Origin: Macrostomum lignano
Taxonomy: Eukaryota
Direction of reading: 5' to 3'
Assembly: GCA_002269645.1 (NCBI GenBank)
Contig: NIVC01000958.1
Span: 186,001 to 250,000, forward strand
Length of the DNA: 64,000 nt
In this document: positions 12,700 to 24,700 of the stretch, piece after piece
Position numbering within the stretch: the first letter of the stretch is position 1
Layout: the number at the start of each line of letters is the position of its first letter
Notes under the pieces: generated by a model
The model's database searches: none
What the model was told of the DNA's origin: nothing
What the model saw: the letters and a program-made list of their open reading frames with translations, nothing else
Position numbers and translations under genes: made by a program

Positions 12700-14420
12700 A
12701 TAAACTGTCGATCTGTATCGTGCATGCGCTTCCCGACCAAGCATGCACTGTTCTCTGTACGCCGCATAACGTCAGTGCTGTACAAAAAAGAGAACTTCAG
12801 TTTTACAGAGAACTTAAGTGTTCTTGATTTATTGTTTTTTCGAAAGGTGGTGAAATAAACAAATTCGCATGCATACAGATCCCACAAATAGCTCGTAAAT
12901 AAGAAGCCTACTGTTCAGCTCAAAGCAGTAGACTGCAGGGAATAAGATTACAAGCATGTAACATTGGGTCTGGGTCTGGCCGACGTTCCTGTCATCTAAG
13001 TTAAGAGACTAAAATTTCTGTACGGGTTCACAAGGGTTTTCAAATTTATGAATTATTCTTTTAGTTAAGTTCAACAACTGCGAGCAGTTCGAGCTAAAAG
13101 TACTGTGGTGCAGAAACATCATTAGTTTCGTCGCTCTCATTAGGTCTTTTTGGTGGCAAACTTTAGCTAGAACTTTAGGGTAGGTTTTACATTCCCCAGA
13201 TTTTACATTCCCCAGAGTTCACATTCCCCAAAATTCACTTTCACCAGAATTCCCATTCCCAAGATTTTGCAACACCAGATTTCACAGATTTAAAATTCCC
13301 CAGATTTAACATTCCTCGCATTTCACATTCATCATATTTCACATTCCCGAGATTTTACGTTCGAAAAATTTTACATTCCCCAGATGTCTCCGGCGTCACA
13401 AGGAAACAACAATACGATACGCTGTCAGAGTCCTTAGACGACAGCGGCACAGGGCGCGCCTTTCGGTCAGGATGCAAAGGAAGGCCACGTCGCCGACTAA
13501 ATCCGGGGCACTGGCGTTAGACAGCAGGCAGGAGACAAGGCGCAAACCCGCGATACGTGGCCTGCCTGCTTGTGCCAGCTGGACGCCACCCTCACTCCAT
13601 TTACCCAGGAAAACCCAGAGCTATTTTTAGCAACACATCTGTAGAGAGCCATCTACATATGCAAGTACGAGCGGATTCTCTGGTCTGTGCTGAACGCTCC
13701 TTGATTTTTAAACGTTATTAACAAGTTTTTCCCTGTTATCTTCTGCTTGCATGGCAGAAAGACTTCAAACACACTGGCCTGTAAAGGCCCTATTATGAGT
13801 GTCAGGCCCAAATCACAGAATTCGCAGTACCGAATATTATTCAAAGCAGGGTATTTGATAGTCAACTAGATCCAAGTATAATGCAAAAAATGCATAGTTT
13901 GAGTAAGGGTAGGGTTAGCGCTCACGCAGTTTCTCTCTGTGCAATTTTTAGGCAACCATCAACCCCCGCCATGACGCGTCTCCATGGCGCTGACGCCTCT
14001 TGCTATGGCGCCACTTGCCGAGACGCAGCCCCCAATAAAAGCCTCAGCTGCAAACCCTGTTATGATAAACTCCATACCAGGTGTGGTAATTATAAGATTG
14101 AACGATAAAATATTGCTAATCGTACGTCGGATTTTGACTCGCACTGTGTAGAGAGACAGCTTCAAGACACTTGTACAAAGAATTGAAGCGTGAACATGAG
14201 CTAGCTCGTACAGCAAGATTTAATACTCTATCGTCTAAATGTTAAAAAGGTTAAAATGGTAAAACGTTACCGCTCGTTGTGGGACGATGTCGTCAAAAGC
14301 GTTGCGCCGGTAGGCTACTCGTACCAATTAGAAGAATGCAATTAGCACTAAACAATAGTTAGACAATTCCGAATTAATAAAATGAATTTAGTAACCACTG
14401 CCTTCATTTGAGATGCTTCA
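12700..14420. repeat. Duplicated intergenic module found 3' of the CUB-CTLD genes
   Basis: Same-strand homologues at ~55370-57000 and ~59550-61740, with mirror copies at ~38450-40640 and ~43200-44820. Shared blocks include GCATGCACTGTTC, the AGATTTCACATTCCCC degenerate array and GGCGCAAACCCGCGATACGTGGCCTGCC. Confidence 0.8.
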
Positions 14421-15732
14421 AGAACTGTGCCACAACTTAAGTAGACCAGGTTTTTAAATATGACGGAGCTTATATTTATGCAAAAAATCAGTTCATTTTC
14501 ACCATCAGCTTTTTCAATCTTACAGCTGGATGTAAAATGAGACATGAAATCTGGCTGGCTTCGGGAACGCAACTATTTCTCTTTGATTACCTTAATTCTC
14601 GGTCACTTAAAATATACATGTAGTTTTCCTATTGCATACTTTCCAGATTATTAACGTTCAACTTTCTGATTACCTTAGCCATGCATGATCACGTAGCCAT
14701 CTGATTGCTTAATTCCAGAATTACTTCATTTTTTGCAGGTGTTTTCAGGATGCCTGTACACTCGTGTAAAGCAGTCTACCATTATTCCACACTTATTTCA
14801 CGGTAGTGCAAAAATAATGACGGGTAGATAAGATAACCCACGTGACAAAACACTCACTCCGGGATGGAATTTGCACATAGGGTGAAAGCACAAGTGAGAG
14901 CAACTGTGGAATAATGGACTAAAGTAATTGCTACTGGGCCTGGAAGACAGTATGAAATTCTGATCGGGCAACACTGTGCCCCGTAGAAGCTCAGGCAGCC
15001 GTCTCTATGTAACAACGACGTAAATGAAAGTAACAAAGCAGTAAATGAATTCTAAATAACTAAAATGTACAGAAAGTTTATATATGAAATAGAAATTACA
15101 ATGTCCGATATTTGCAGTGATTTCCGTATATACGAGCGTATGCTACAGAAGCAGCATATTTATGCAGTAATTGTACCAACAACAATGATCCACCCACTAA
15201 GCAGCTATATTTTATTCACATTTTACTGTATGTTGTAAATGAAGTTTTCTATCCAACCACACGTGATTTGTACAGGTGAAACTTTTTCTGTTCTTGATTA
15301 TACTCGCGTATTTAGCAGCATTTCTCTCTCTATATTCGGATTCAAATGAGAGATTTAAGGCAGCGAACTCGCATTCTTAATAAAGCCGTTTAAGAGGCAA
15401 TTATAAATATTGTACTTATAGTTTATATATCAGGTAGTTAACAACAGCAGCAAAAATCCAAGGTACAGTGTCTGTTGGATCTTCCGATGAAGAATTGAAA
15501 CTGAATTTCGAGCTATCAGACTCCGGAATCATGGATAATTTAGTCTCTGTTGCTAGCTCTGTTATTGGCAGTTCAGACTGAGATGATTAGAGAGACAAAA
15601 TGCGAGTTCGAAGGCTTTCAAGCTGTTTTATGTGTGCGCTGTAGCCTTGGTCAGGTTGACAGGGATGGGTGCTGCAGGGTGTTGCGTCACTCCGTCCACA
15701 TTAGGCATTCCGCTGTGACGTCCAAGGCGCAG

Positions 15733-18700
15733 TCACCCGTTACGAACGAGAGGTTTTTCAGAGTCGGATTGGCAAACCGCCTCAAACCTTCCTCCATTTT
15801 CAACCGGGCTTGCGCCCGGATTTGCCGAAATTGCGGCTATATATTGAAGGCTGTGCCGTCGTCTCATAAAAAGTAGCATCAAAGCAAGCAGAAGTGCCAA
15901 TATAATTCCAACAGGGGTCCCAAGTAGAACCATAATCAGCCTCATTCTTATAGGATTGGCACTTGTTTGTTTTTCCTTAACCAGCCGTGTCCCACTCGTG
16001 AGGCCATTCTATCCTCGGAAAACACGGCCTTGCAGCCCAGTAATGAATGCAGCGGTGTAGCGCTGCATGTATTTCTGGCTTTATTTTACGTTGTATTTAA
16101 TACATTTGCGCACGTATGCACCAGCCGGTTCTATAAGCCACCGTGGGTGATATTGGTAAACAAGTGTACAATTCAAATTGCATTTTAGCTAGCTATTAAA
16201 ATAAGCCTGCCTATACATAAAATTTTACCACTTGCCAATTAGTTAGGCTTAGATTTATTTATTGCTCTTTAGACTTTGGAATCATTTAAAATTTACATAA
16301 CTATATCCTATTTTTTGTTTAGCCTAGGCAAAATGCATATTTAATAAGCTTTCTAGGCTTCTAAAATCTAATAGCAATAGATAAAAACTACCTACCTAGT
16401 AATTTTTTACCTAATAGTAATACAAAGCCTTCTATTTCAAATCATTGATTATTTTCTACTATTGACTAGTAGGTCTAAGTCTAAAATATTTTCTTTTCTT
16501 TTGTGTTATAAAGCCTTTATGCTATATTAGAATATGTTTTTTAATGATAATAAGATTAAGAATCTTTTTTTTTCTTTGGATCTAAAATTCATTTGGTCCT
16601 TCTTTAATTTAAGTAGCTTAGGCCTATCTTTTTATAAGACCTAAGCCTAGCCTATGTTTATAATGTATTATATTAAAATGTTTTAATAATATTGTTTTAT
16701 GGGAATCAAAAGTAGGAATATAACTATATAAGATAAAGCATGCCTAAAATAAAAATCTTTTTGAAATAATTAGCCATAGTCTAATCAACTATAGACTAAG
16801 TAATAACTATTCATTGCCACTATATAAAGTCATGATATCCCTCTAGTTGTGACCTTTTCTTCCCCTCTAATGCTAGGCCTTACCTTTTTCTTTCTAGCCC
16901 ATATTCTCTTCTCTAAAGCCTCACCTTCTTTTCCCTTCAGTATTACCCTCCTCCCCAGTCCCACAATGTTTTCCCATTAAATTCTTACCCTTTTTTCATA
17001 ATCTCACTCTCCTACCCTCTAGCCCCACCTTCCTAGCCTCTAGTCCCACTATCCTTCCCTCCAGCCCCACCCTCCTTCCCTCTAGCCCCGCCCTCCCTTC
17101 CAGCTTCCACCCTTTTCTCTCCTCTGGACCAATCCCTTCTCTCTAGCCCCACCCCTTCCTTCCAGCCCCACCCATTCCCTCCAGCCCTACCTCTTCCCTC
17201 CAGCCCCTCCCCTTCCCTCCAGCCCCACCCCTTTCCTCTAGCCCCAACCCTCCCCTCCAGCTTCCACCCTCTTCTCCCCTCTAGCCCAACCCTCTTACCC
17301 TCTAGCCCCACCCTCTTTCCCTCCAGCCCCACCCTCCTACCCTCTAGCCCCACCCTCCTTCCCTCCAGCCCCACCCTCCTACTCTCTAGCCCCACCCTCC
17401 TTCCCTCCAGCCCCACCCTCTTCTCTTCTGTAGCCCCACCCCACCCCCTTCCCTCCAGCCCCACCCTCCTACCCTCTAGCCCTGCCCTCCCTTCCAGCTT
17501 CCACCCTCTTCTCCTCTCCAGCCCCACCCTCCTACCCTCCAGCCCCACCCTCCTACCCTCTAGCCCCACCCTCCTACCCTCTAGCCCTGCCCTCCCTTCC
17601 AGCTTCCACCCTCTTCTCCCCTCCAGCCCCACCCTCCTACCCTCCAGCCCCACCCTCCTACCCTCCAGCCCCACCCTCCTACCCTCCAGCCCCACCCTCC
17701 TACCCTCTAGCCCCACCCTCCTTCCCTCCAGCCCCAACCTCCTACTCTCTAGCCCCACCCTCCTTCCCTCCAGCCCCACCCTCCTTCCCTCCAGCCCCAC
17801 CCTCTTCTCTTCTGTAGCCCCACCCCACCCCCTTCCCTCCAGCCCCACCCTCCTACCCTCTAGCCCTGCCCTCCCTTCCAGCTTCCACCCTCTTCTCCCC
17901 TCCAGCCCCACCCTCCTACCCTCCAGCCCCACCCTCCTACCCTCTAGCCCCACCCTCCTACCCTCTAGCCCTGCCCTCCCTTCCAGCTTCCACCCTCTTC
18001 TCCCCTCCAGCCCCACCCTCCTACCCTCCAGCCCCACCCTCCTACCCTCCAGCCCCACCCTCCTACCCTCTAGCCCCACCCTCCCCTCCAGCTTCCACCC
18101 TCTTCTCCCTCCAGCCCCACCCTCCTACCCTCCAGCCCCACCCTCCTACCCTCCAGCCCCACCCTCCTACCCTCCAGCCCCACCCTCCTACCCTCTAGCC
18201 CCACCCTCCCTCCAGTTTCCAACCTCTTCTCCTTTCTAGCCCCACCCTCCCCTCCAGTTTCCAACCTCTTCTCCCCTCCAGCCTCACCCTCTTCTCCCCT
18301 CCAGCCCCACCCTCCTACCCTCTAGCCCTACCCTCCCTTCAAAATTCCACCCTCTTCTCCCCTCCAGCACCACCCCCTTCCCTCCAGCCCCACCCTCCTA
18401 CCCTCTAGCCCCACCCCCTTCCCTCCAGCCCCACCCTCCTACCCTCTAACCCCACCCTCCCCTCCAGTTTCCAACCTCTTCTCCCCTCCAGCCTCACCCT
18501 CCTCCCCTCCAGACCCACCCCCTTCCCTCCAGCCCCACCCTCCTACCCTCTAGCCCCACCCTCCCCTCCAGCTTCCAACCTCTTCTCCCCTCCAGCCTCA
18601 CCCTCTTCCCTCCAGACCCACCCTCCTACCCTCCAGACCCACCCTCCTTCCCTCCAGCCCCACCCTCCTTCCCTCCAGCCCCACCCTCCTACCCTCTAGC

Positions 18701-21700
18701 CCCACCCTCCCCTCCAGCTTCCACCCTCTTCGCCCTCTAGCCCCACCCTATTTTCCTATTCAGCCTCACCCTTTCTCGTAGCTCTGCTAATAAAATTTAA
18801 TTATCCTTTTCAGAAGTGAAAAATAATATTTCTCTTTTCTCTCTTCAGAATGTCCTCGCACCGGTCTTGAGGTCATACCACGTGCCGGAGCGACTGGTCG
18901 CAGCAACCATAACTCTCTTCTAGGAGACCCTGGCCGCCGTGGTGACACCTGACGGACTATCCGACCTGTTCAAAACGACCTCAGGGATGCTGCAAGGCGA
19001 CACGCTTGCGTCCAACCGTTTCGTGTTGGTGCTCGATGGGGTGCTACGTAGGGCCCTGCCAACAGATGAGGACAGCTTCCTACTGTGCCGGCAAACAAGC
19101 AGCCGCCAATCGGAGAAGCGGCTGTCACTCATGGGTTACGCCGACGACCTGGCGCTGCCCGCCTCTACGGCTGAGGGAGCTCAGCGCATGCTAGACAGCC
19201 TGGTTGGTGGCAGCTGCGGCATCGGTCGGGCTAGCGGTGAACATCGAGAAGACGGAGGTGATGACTGTACCTGCGGAGCTGCCTATCAAAATCACCTGCT
19301 GGGACACCCGACGGTCATGCAGCAGCTCTACCTCGCTGCGTGTGCTTCACGTACCCCGGCGATCTTGTGCCCAGTGTCCAGGAGGACTTGGCGCGACGCA
19401 GGGGCCTGGCCTGGGCGGCCTTCCGCTCCATCCGAGTCCGTCCTGCAGAACGCCGCGCTGCCAGACTGCTGCGATCACCTAGCGAGACCCTCCGCAGGCG
19501 AAGACATCAGCTGGCGGGCCACACCATCCACGCGGAGGCCTACTGTTCTCAACCAGTGCAAGACGTCCTGCTGCTCACGATGCAGGGCCCCTGGCGCCGG
19601 GGCTACGGCCGGGCGAGTCGCGTCGCGGATTGCCTGTTGGATGGCGCTGGGGTGATTGGCCAGGCGCACGCTGTTGCCGCCTTTAGAGAGCTCGCACTGA
19701 GAGAACTGATCTGACATTGCCTCCCATTGTGAACTGTTACTTTTAACTCAACAATACTGGGTGTGCCTTGTTGTTATTTTCTCTTCAAAAAAATTTGCCT
19801 AGCTGCGAACTGTGATGGTGCATATCGCGTACTCGTGATTCAATAGCTTATACTTATTACTGTTTTACTTATTGCCTTCCGATGTCAATGCTATTTATTG
19901 CGTGTAATATTATCGCAAAATTTAAGTTCGGGTGTCATTATTTAGCTACTGCCGCTGTTCTGCATTACAATTATTATAGTACTTCCTATCTACTGACGTA
20001 ACATTGTACCAAAAATTTTACATTGCGTGGCGCCAAAACCAATCTTGTTGAATGCTACTAGCGTAATAGCCGTTTGAATCGCTTGAAATACATTGTAATG
20101 CCATGCTGTATTGCTTTTGACGATCTAAACGACACTGGCTAGACTTCACTGATCCATATGCTCCTCAAGCAAGGTATATGGAATGCAGATTGAGCAGCAA
20201 ACTTAGTGTTTGATTGATAGAGATATTGTATAGTTGGATTTTGGATCACGGATAGAACCAAGGAATCTAGATCTGGAGGCATGGAGGCATGCGGGGGGAG
20301 CCGCCGAAAGCAGCGGAGCTGTTGGGGGGAGCGGCGGAAAGCAGCGGAGCTGTTGGGGGAGCGGCGGAAAGCAGCGGAGCTATTGGTGGAAGTGGCGGAA
20401 AGCAGCGGAGCTGTTGGGGGGAGCGGCGGAAAGCAGCGGAGCTGTTGGGGGGAGCGGCGGAAAGCAGCGGAGCTGTTGGGGGAGCGGCGGAAAGCAGCGG
20501 AGCTATTGGTGGAAGTGGCGGAAAGCAGCGGAGCTGTTGGGGGGAGCGGCGGAAAGCAGCGGAGCCGTTGGGGGGAGCGACGGAAAGCAGCGGAGCTGTT
20601 GGGGGAGCGGCGGAAAGCAGCGGAGCTGTTGGGGAGCGGCGGAAAGCAGCGGAGCTATTGGTGGAAGTGGCGGAAAGCAGCGGAGCTGTTGGGGGGAGCG
20701 GCGGAAAGCAGCGGAGCTATTGGTGGAAGTGGCGGAAAGCAGCGGAGCTGTTGGGGGAGCGGCGGAAAGCAGCGGAGCTATTGGTGGAAGTGGCGGAAAG
20801 CAGCGGAGCTGTTGGGGGGAGCGGCGGAAAGCAGCGGAGCTGTTGGGGGAGCGGCGGAAAGCAGCGGAGCTGTTGGGGGAGCGGCGGAAAGCAGCGGAGC
20901 TGTTGGGGGAGCGGCGGAAAGCAGCGGAGCTGTTGGGGGGAGCGGCGGAAAGCAGCGGAGCTGTTGGGGGGAGCGGCGAAAAGCAGCGAAACTATTGGTG
21001 GAAGTGGCGGAAAGCAGCGGAGCTGTTGGGGGGAGCGGCGGAAAGCAGCGGAGCTGTTGGGGGGAGCGGCGGAAAGCAGCGGAGCTGTTGGGGGGAGCGG
21101 CGGAAAGCAGCGGAGCTGTTGGGGGGAGCGGCGGAAAGCAGCGGAGCTGTTGGGGGAGCGGCGGAAAGCAGCGGAGCTGTTGGGGGAGCGGCGGAAAGCA
21201 GCGGAGCTATTGGTGGAAGTGGCGGAAAGCAGCGGAGCTGTTGGGGGAGCGGCGGAAAGCAGCGGAGCTATTGGTGGAAGTGGCGGAAAGCAGCGGAGCT
21301 GTTGGGGGGAGCGGCGGAAAGCAGCGGAGCTGTTGGGGGAGCGGCGGAAAGCAGCGGAGCTGTTGGGGGAGCGGCGGAAAGCAGCGGAGCTGTTGGGGGG
21401 AGCGGCGGAAAGCAGCGGAGCTATTGGTGGAAGTGGCGGAAAGCAGCGGAGCTGTTGGGGGAGCGGCGGAAAGCAGCGGAGCTATTGGTGGAAGTGGCGG
21501 AAAGCAGCGGAGCTGTTGGGGGAGCGGCGGAAAGCAGCGGAGCTGTTGGGGGAGCGGCGGAAAGCAGCGGAGCTGTTGGGGGAGCGGCGGAAAGCAGCGG
21601 AGCTGTTGGGGGAGCGGCGGAAAGCAGCGGAGCTGTTGGGGGAGCGGCGGAAAGCAGCGGAGCTGTTGGGGGAGCGGCGGAAAGCAGCGGAGCTGTTGGG

Positions 21701-24700
21701 GGAGCGGCGGAAAGCAGCGGAGCTGTTGGGGGAGCGGCGGAAAGCAGCGGAGCTGTTGGGGGAGCGGCGGAAAGCAGCGGAGCTGTTGGGGAGCGGCGGA
21801 AAGCAGCGGAGCTGTTGGGGAGCGGCGGAAAGCAGCGGAGCTGTTGGGGGAGCGGCGGAAAGCAGCGGAGCTATTGGTGGAAGTGGCGGAAAGCAGCGGA
21901 GCTGTTGGGGGGAGCGGCGGAAAGCAGCGGAGCTATTGGTGGAAGTGGCGGAAAGCAGCGGAGCTGTTGGGGGGAGCGGCGGAAAGCAGCGGAGCTGTTG
22001 GGGGGAGCGGCGGAAAGCAGCGGAGCTGTTGGGGGAGCGGCGGAAAGCAGCGGAGCTGTTGGGGGAGCGGCGGAAAGCAGCGGAGCTATTGGTGGAAGCG
22101 GCGGAAAGCAGTGGAGCTGTTGGTTTGATAACAGCTGACAGGCTTATTTGCATAGAGCGATGCTATGAGAATGAATTCAGTTAGTCAGTTTAAGGCAGAA
22201 TGCTGGCTCTCTGCCTCTGCCTACCCTTCAACTGAATCGAGTGAACTCGCAGTGCCTGAAGTGCCCGAAGTTGGTTCTACATGTACGTATGCATATTGTT
22301 TTGGCAAACTGGATTACAAACAGGTACGGCTCATATATTACAGTGTACTACATGTATTTGAGTGGCGAATTGGTGACGGTTTAAATGTTACTAGGGCTAC
22401 GTGTATGTGACCCGGCCGGTGCTCTACTACCTTGAATTCATGCCCGTAAGGCTCAGCCTCCGATCATTTACTAATTATTTAATGTCGCGAGAGGGGACTC
22501 TCAGTCCCCAACATCCTGCATGGTATTTAGGGGCCTAGGGTCTTGTCCTTGGGGCCTTCGACAAGTGACTGCCGCAATTTGACTGGGGACTATGAACTCT
22601 AAACATTGGCACCTCAAGATTAGAGCGGCGGCACTCGAACCAAAATAATGTTGAAGGACTACAGAATACATGCTGTATATATAGCTACGTACATGTAACG
22701 CATCTTACACTCAATGTATCAATGTTACATGTACAGTATCCAATACCATGCTAAAAGAGCACGTAACTTCTGAATGTACAGTGTACATATAGCAGGCGTG
22801 AGGGCATTAAAGATATTCTTCCATCTATACCGAGGGTCATCTCAAAAGTTTCATTAAACACTTATTAATTTTCAACAAACGAGTTTCAGAACAGTGAACA
22901 GCTCAAAAACCTTTAAAATAACTTCCGTTGGTTTGAATCATGCGCTACCAGCAGCCAGGCAACTTGTGGACGCCGTCAGCAGCGCCAGATTCGCACAGGT
23001 CTTTTGCAATGCGGCCGATCTCGCTGCCTGGATGCTGGTTCCCTTGAATACCCTTGAAGCTGGTTTTTAAGCTTTGGGAAAGGCTAAAATCGCAGGGACT
23101 GAGGTCTGGGGAGTAAGTAGGATGAGGCAGCACCTCCCACTGATAGTCCCGCAGTAGGTCCTGCACAATGCGGGCTGTGTGCGAACTGGCATTGTCGTGC
23201 GGAAGGAGTGGACCAAGTTCCAGGGTCTGGCCGCTTTTTGCGCAAGGCAGGCCGAAGATGGTGGGTGGGGAAGCTCCGATAAAACTTTGGTTGATGTTTT
23301 GGCCCTCAGAAATGCGGTGGATGAGAATAATGCCAAAACTGTCGTAGCATGCGATGATCATCAGTTTGTCGGCTCCCTTGGCGCGCCGCAAAACTGATGG
23401 TCTCAGTGGCTGGGCAGAATTTTTCGACTGCCACTCGGAATTCTGGCTCTTGAGGTTGGGCTAAATGAGCTAGCTTCTCTCTGTTCTATATGATCTCGTA
23501 TACATGTAGCTGCATGGCAGCTTTCAAACATTTCGTAAAAGGTGCCCCAGTTCCAACTTACGTCATATTCAACTTAAGAATATGATACCTGACCCGACCA
23601 GTCTTATACAAGTTTCTCGTAAAAGTTGCCAATGCCCTATACCCTAGAAGACATTGACTTGTTGATTCTTAGTAGATCTTGTCTATCTTCCTGGGTTGCT
23701 GCGCAAGTACTTGCAAGAACGTGCAAGATCTTCGCTATAATAATACTTAGGTAAACCTAGATCTGGGCGACTTGCTACATCGTACAAGAGCTTAGCTTTT
23801 ATATCCTTTTAGAGCTTCGAATCGCATATTTTCTTAAATTTATTGTTCCTTTTTGTCATAAAATAAATATAGTTCAGCTAGAACACTTTAGCGAAATGAA
23901 TTACAAAGCAAATGTACCTCCCATCTTAGAAGATCCTGCAAGAACCGAGCAGATTGAGAAGATCTGCTAAGAATGGCACAGAGACAAGATCTGCTAAGTT
24001 TGAGAAACAGAATGTCCTCTAGGGTATCCCCTCAACTTCCCCTACTATTTTCTGTCTCCTCTCTGCTCTCGCATATTTCTACTCTACTCCTAACAGGATC
24101 ATATTTAGATGTATACATGTATAGCTAAAGCAGCAACTCGGTCCTCAGAAGCATCCCCTCATCATTCCCCTCTGAGGGATATCAACAAGCTGGATTCGGA
24201 TTTCAACATTAGGAATCAGGGATATAAGGGAATTAACAATCGGGGATTGAGATTTAGAAATGAAAATGAAAATGAAAATTGGGGATTGAGATTAAAAAAA
24301 TATCTAAATGAACTAGCTTCTCTCTATTTTATGATATACATGTATTCTGTAGTCCTTCAACATTATTTTGGTTCGAGTGCCGCCGCTCTAATCTTGAGGT
24401 GCCAATGTTTAGAGTTCATAGTCCCCAGTCAAATTGCGGCAGTCACTTGTCGAAGGCCCCAAGGACAAGACCCTAGGCCCCCTAAATACCATGCAGGATG
24501 TTGGGGACTGAGAGTCCCCTCTCGCGACATTAAATAATTAGTAAATGATCGGAGGCTGAGCCTTACGGGCATGAATTCAAGGTAGTAGAGCACCGGCCGG
24601 GTCACATACACGTAGCCCTAGTAACATTTAAACCGTCACCAATTCGCCACTCAAATACATGTAGTACACTGTAATATATGAGCCGTACCTGTTTGTAATC

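Noticed and set aside
15840-15875. ITIM in the cytoplasmic tail (SLQYIAA)
   Set aside because: The Y+3 residue is Ala, not I/V/L, so it does not fit the consensus.
15975-15990. piggyBac/Kolobok interpretation of the foldback (TTAA TSD)
   Set aside because: It would give non-complementary ends (CCAG.. versus ..CTGCC). The 7-bp TSD model needs no mutations. Kept only as an alternative.
17033-18079. LEGRRVG-repeat ORFs (also 27466-28968)
   Set aside because: Translation of the purine/pyrimidine minisatellite.
20234-22184. Three 600+ aa ORFs (GGAAESSGAV / ERRKAAELL / SGGKQRSCW)
   Set aside because: All three frames are open only because the 30-bp satellite lacks stops. No domain content.
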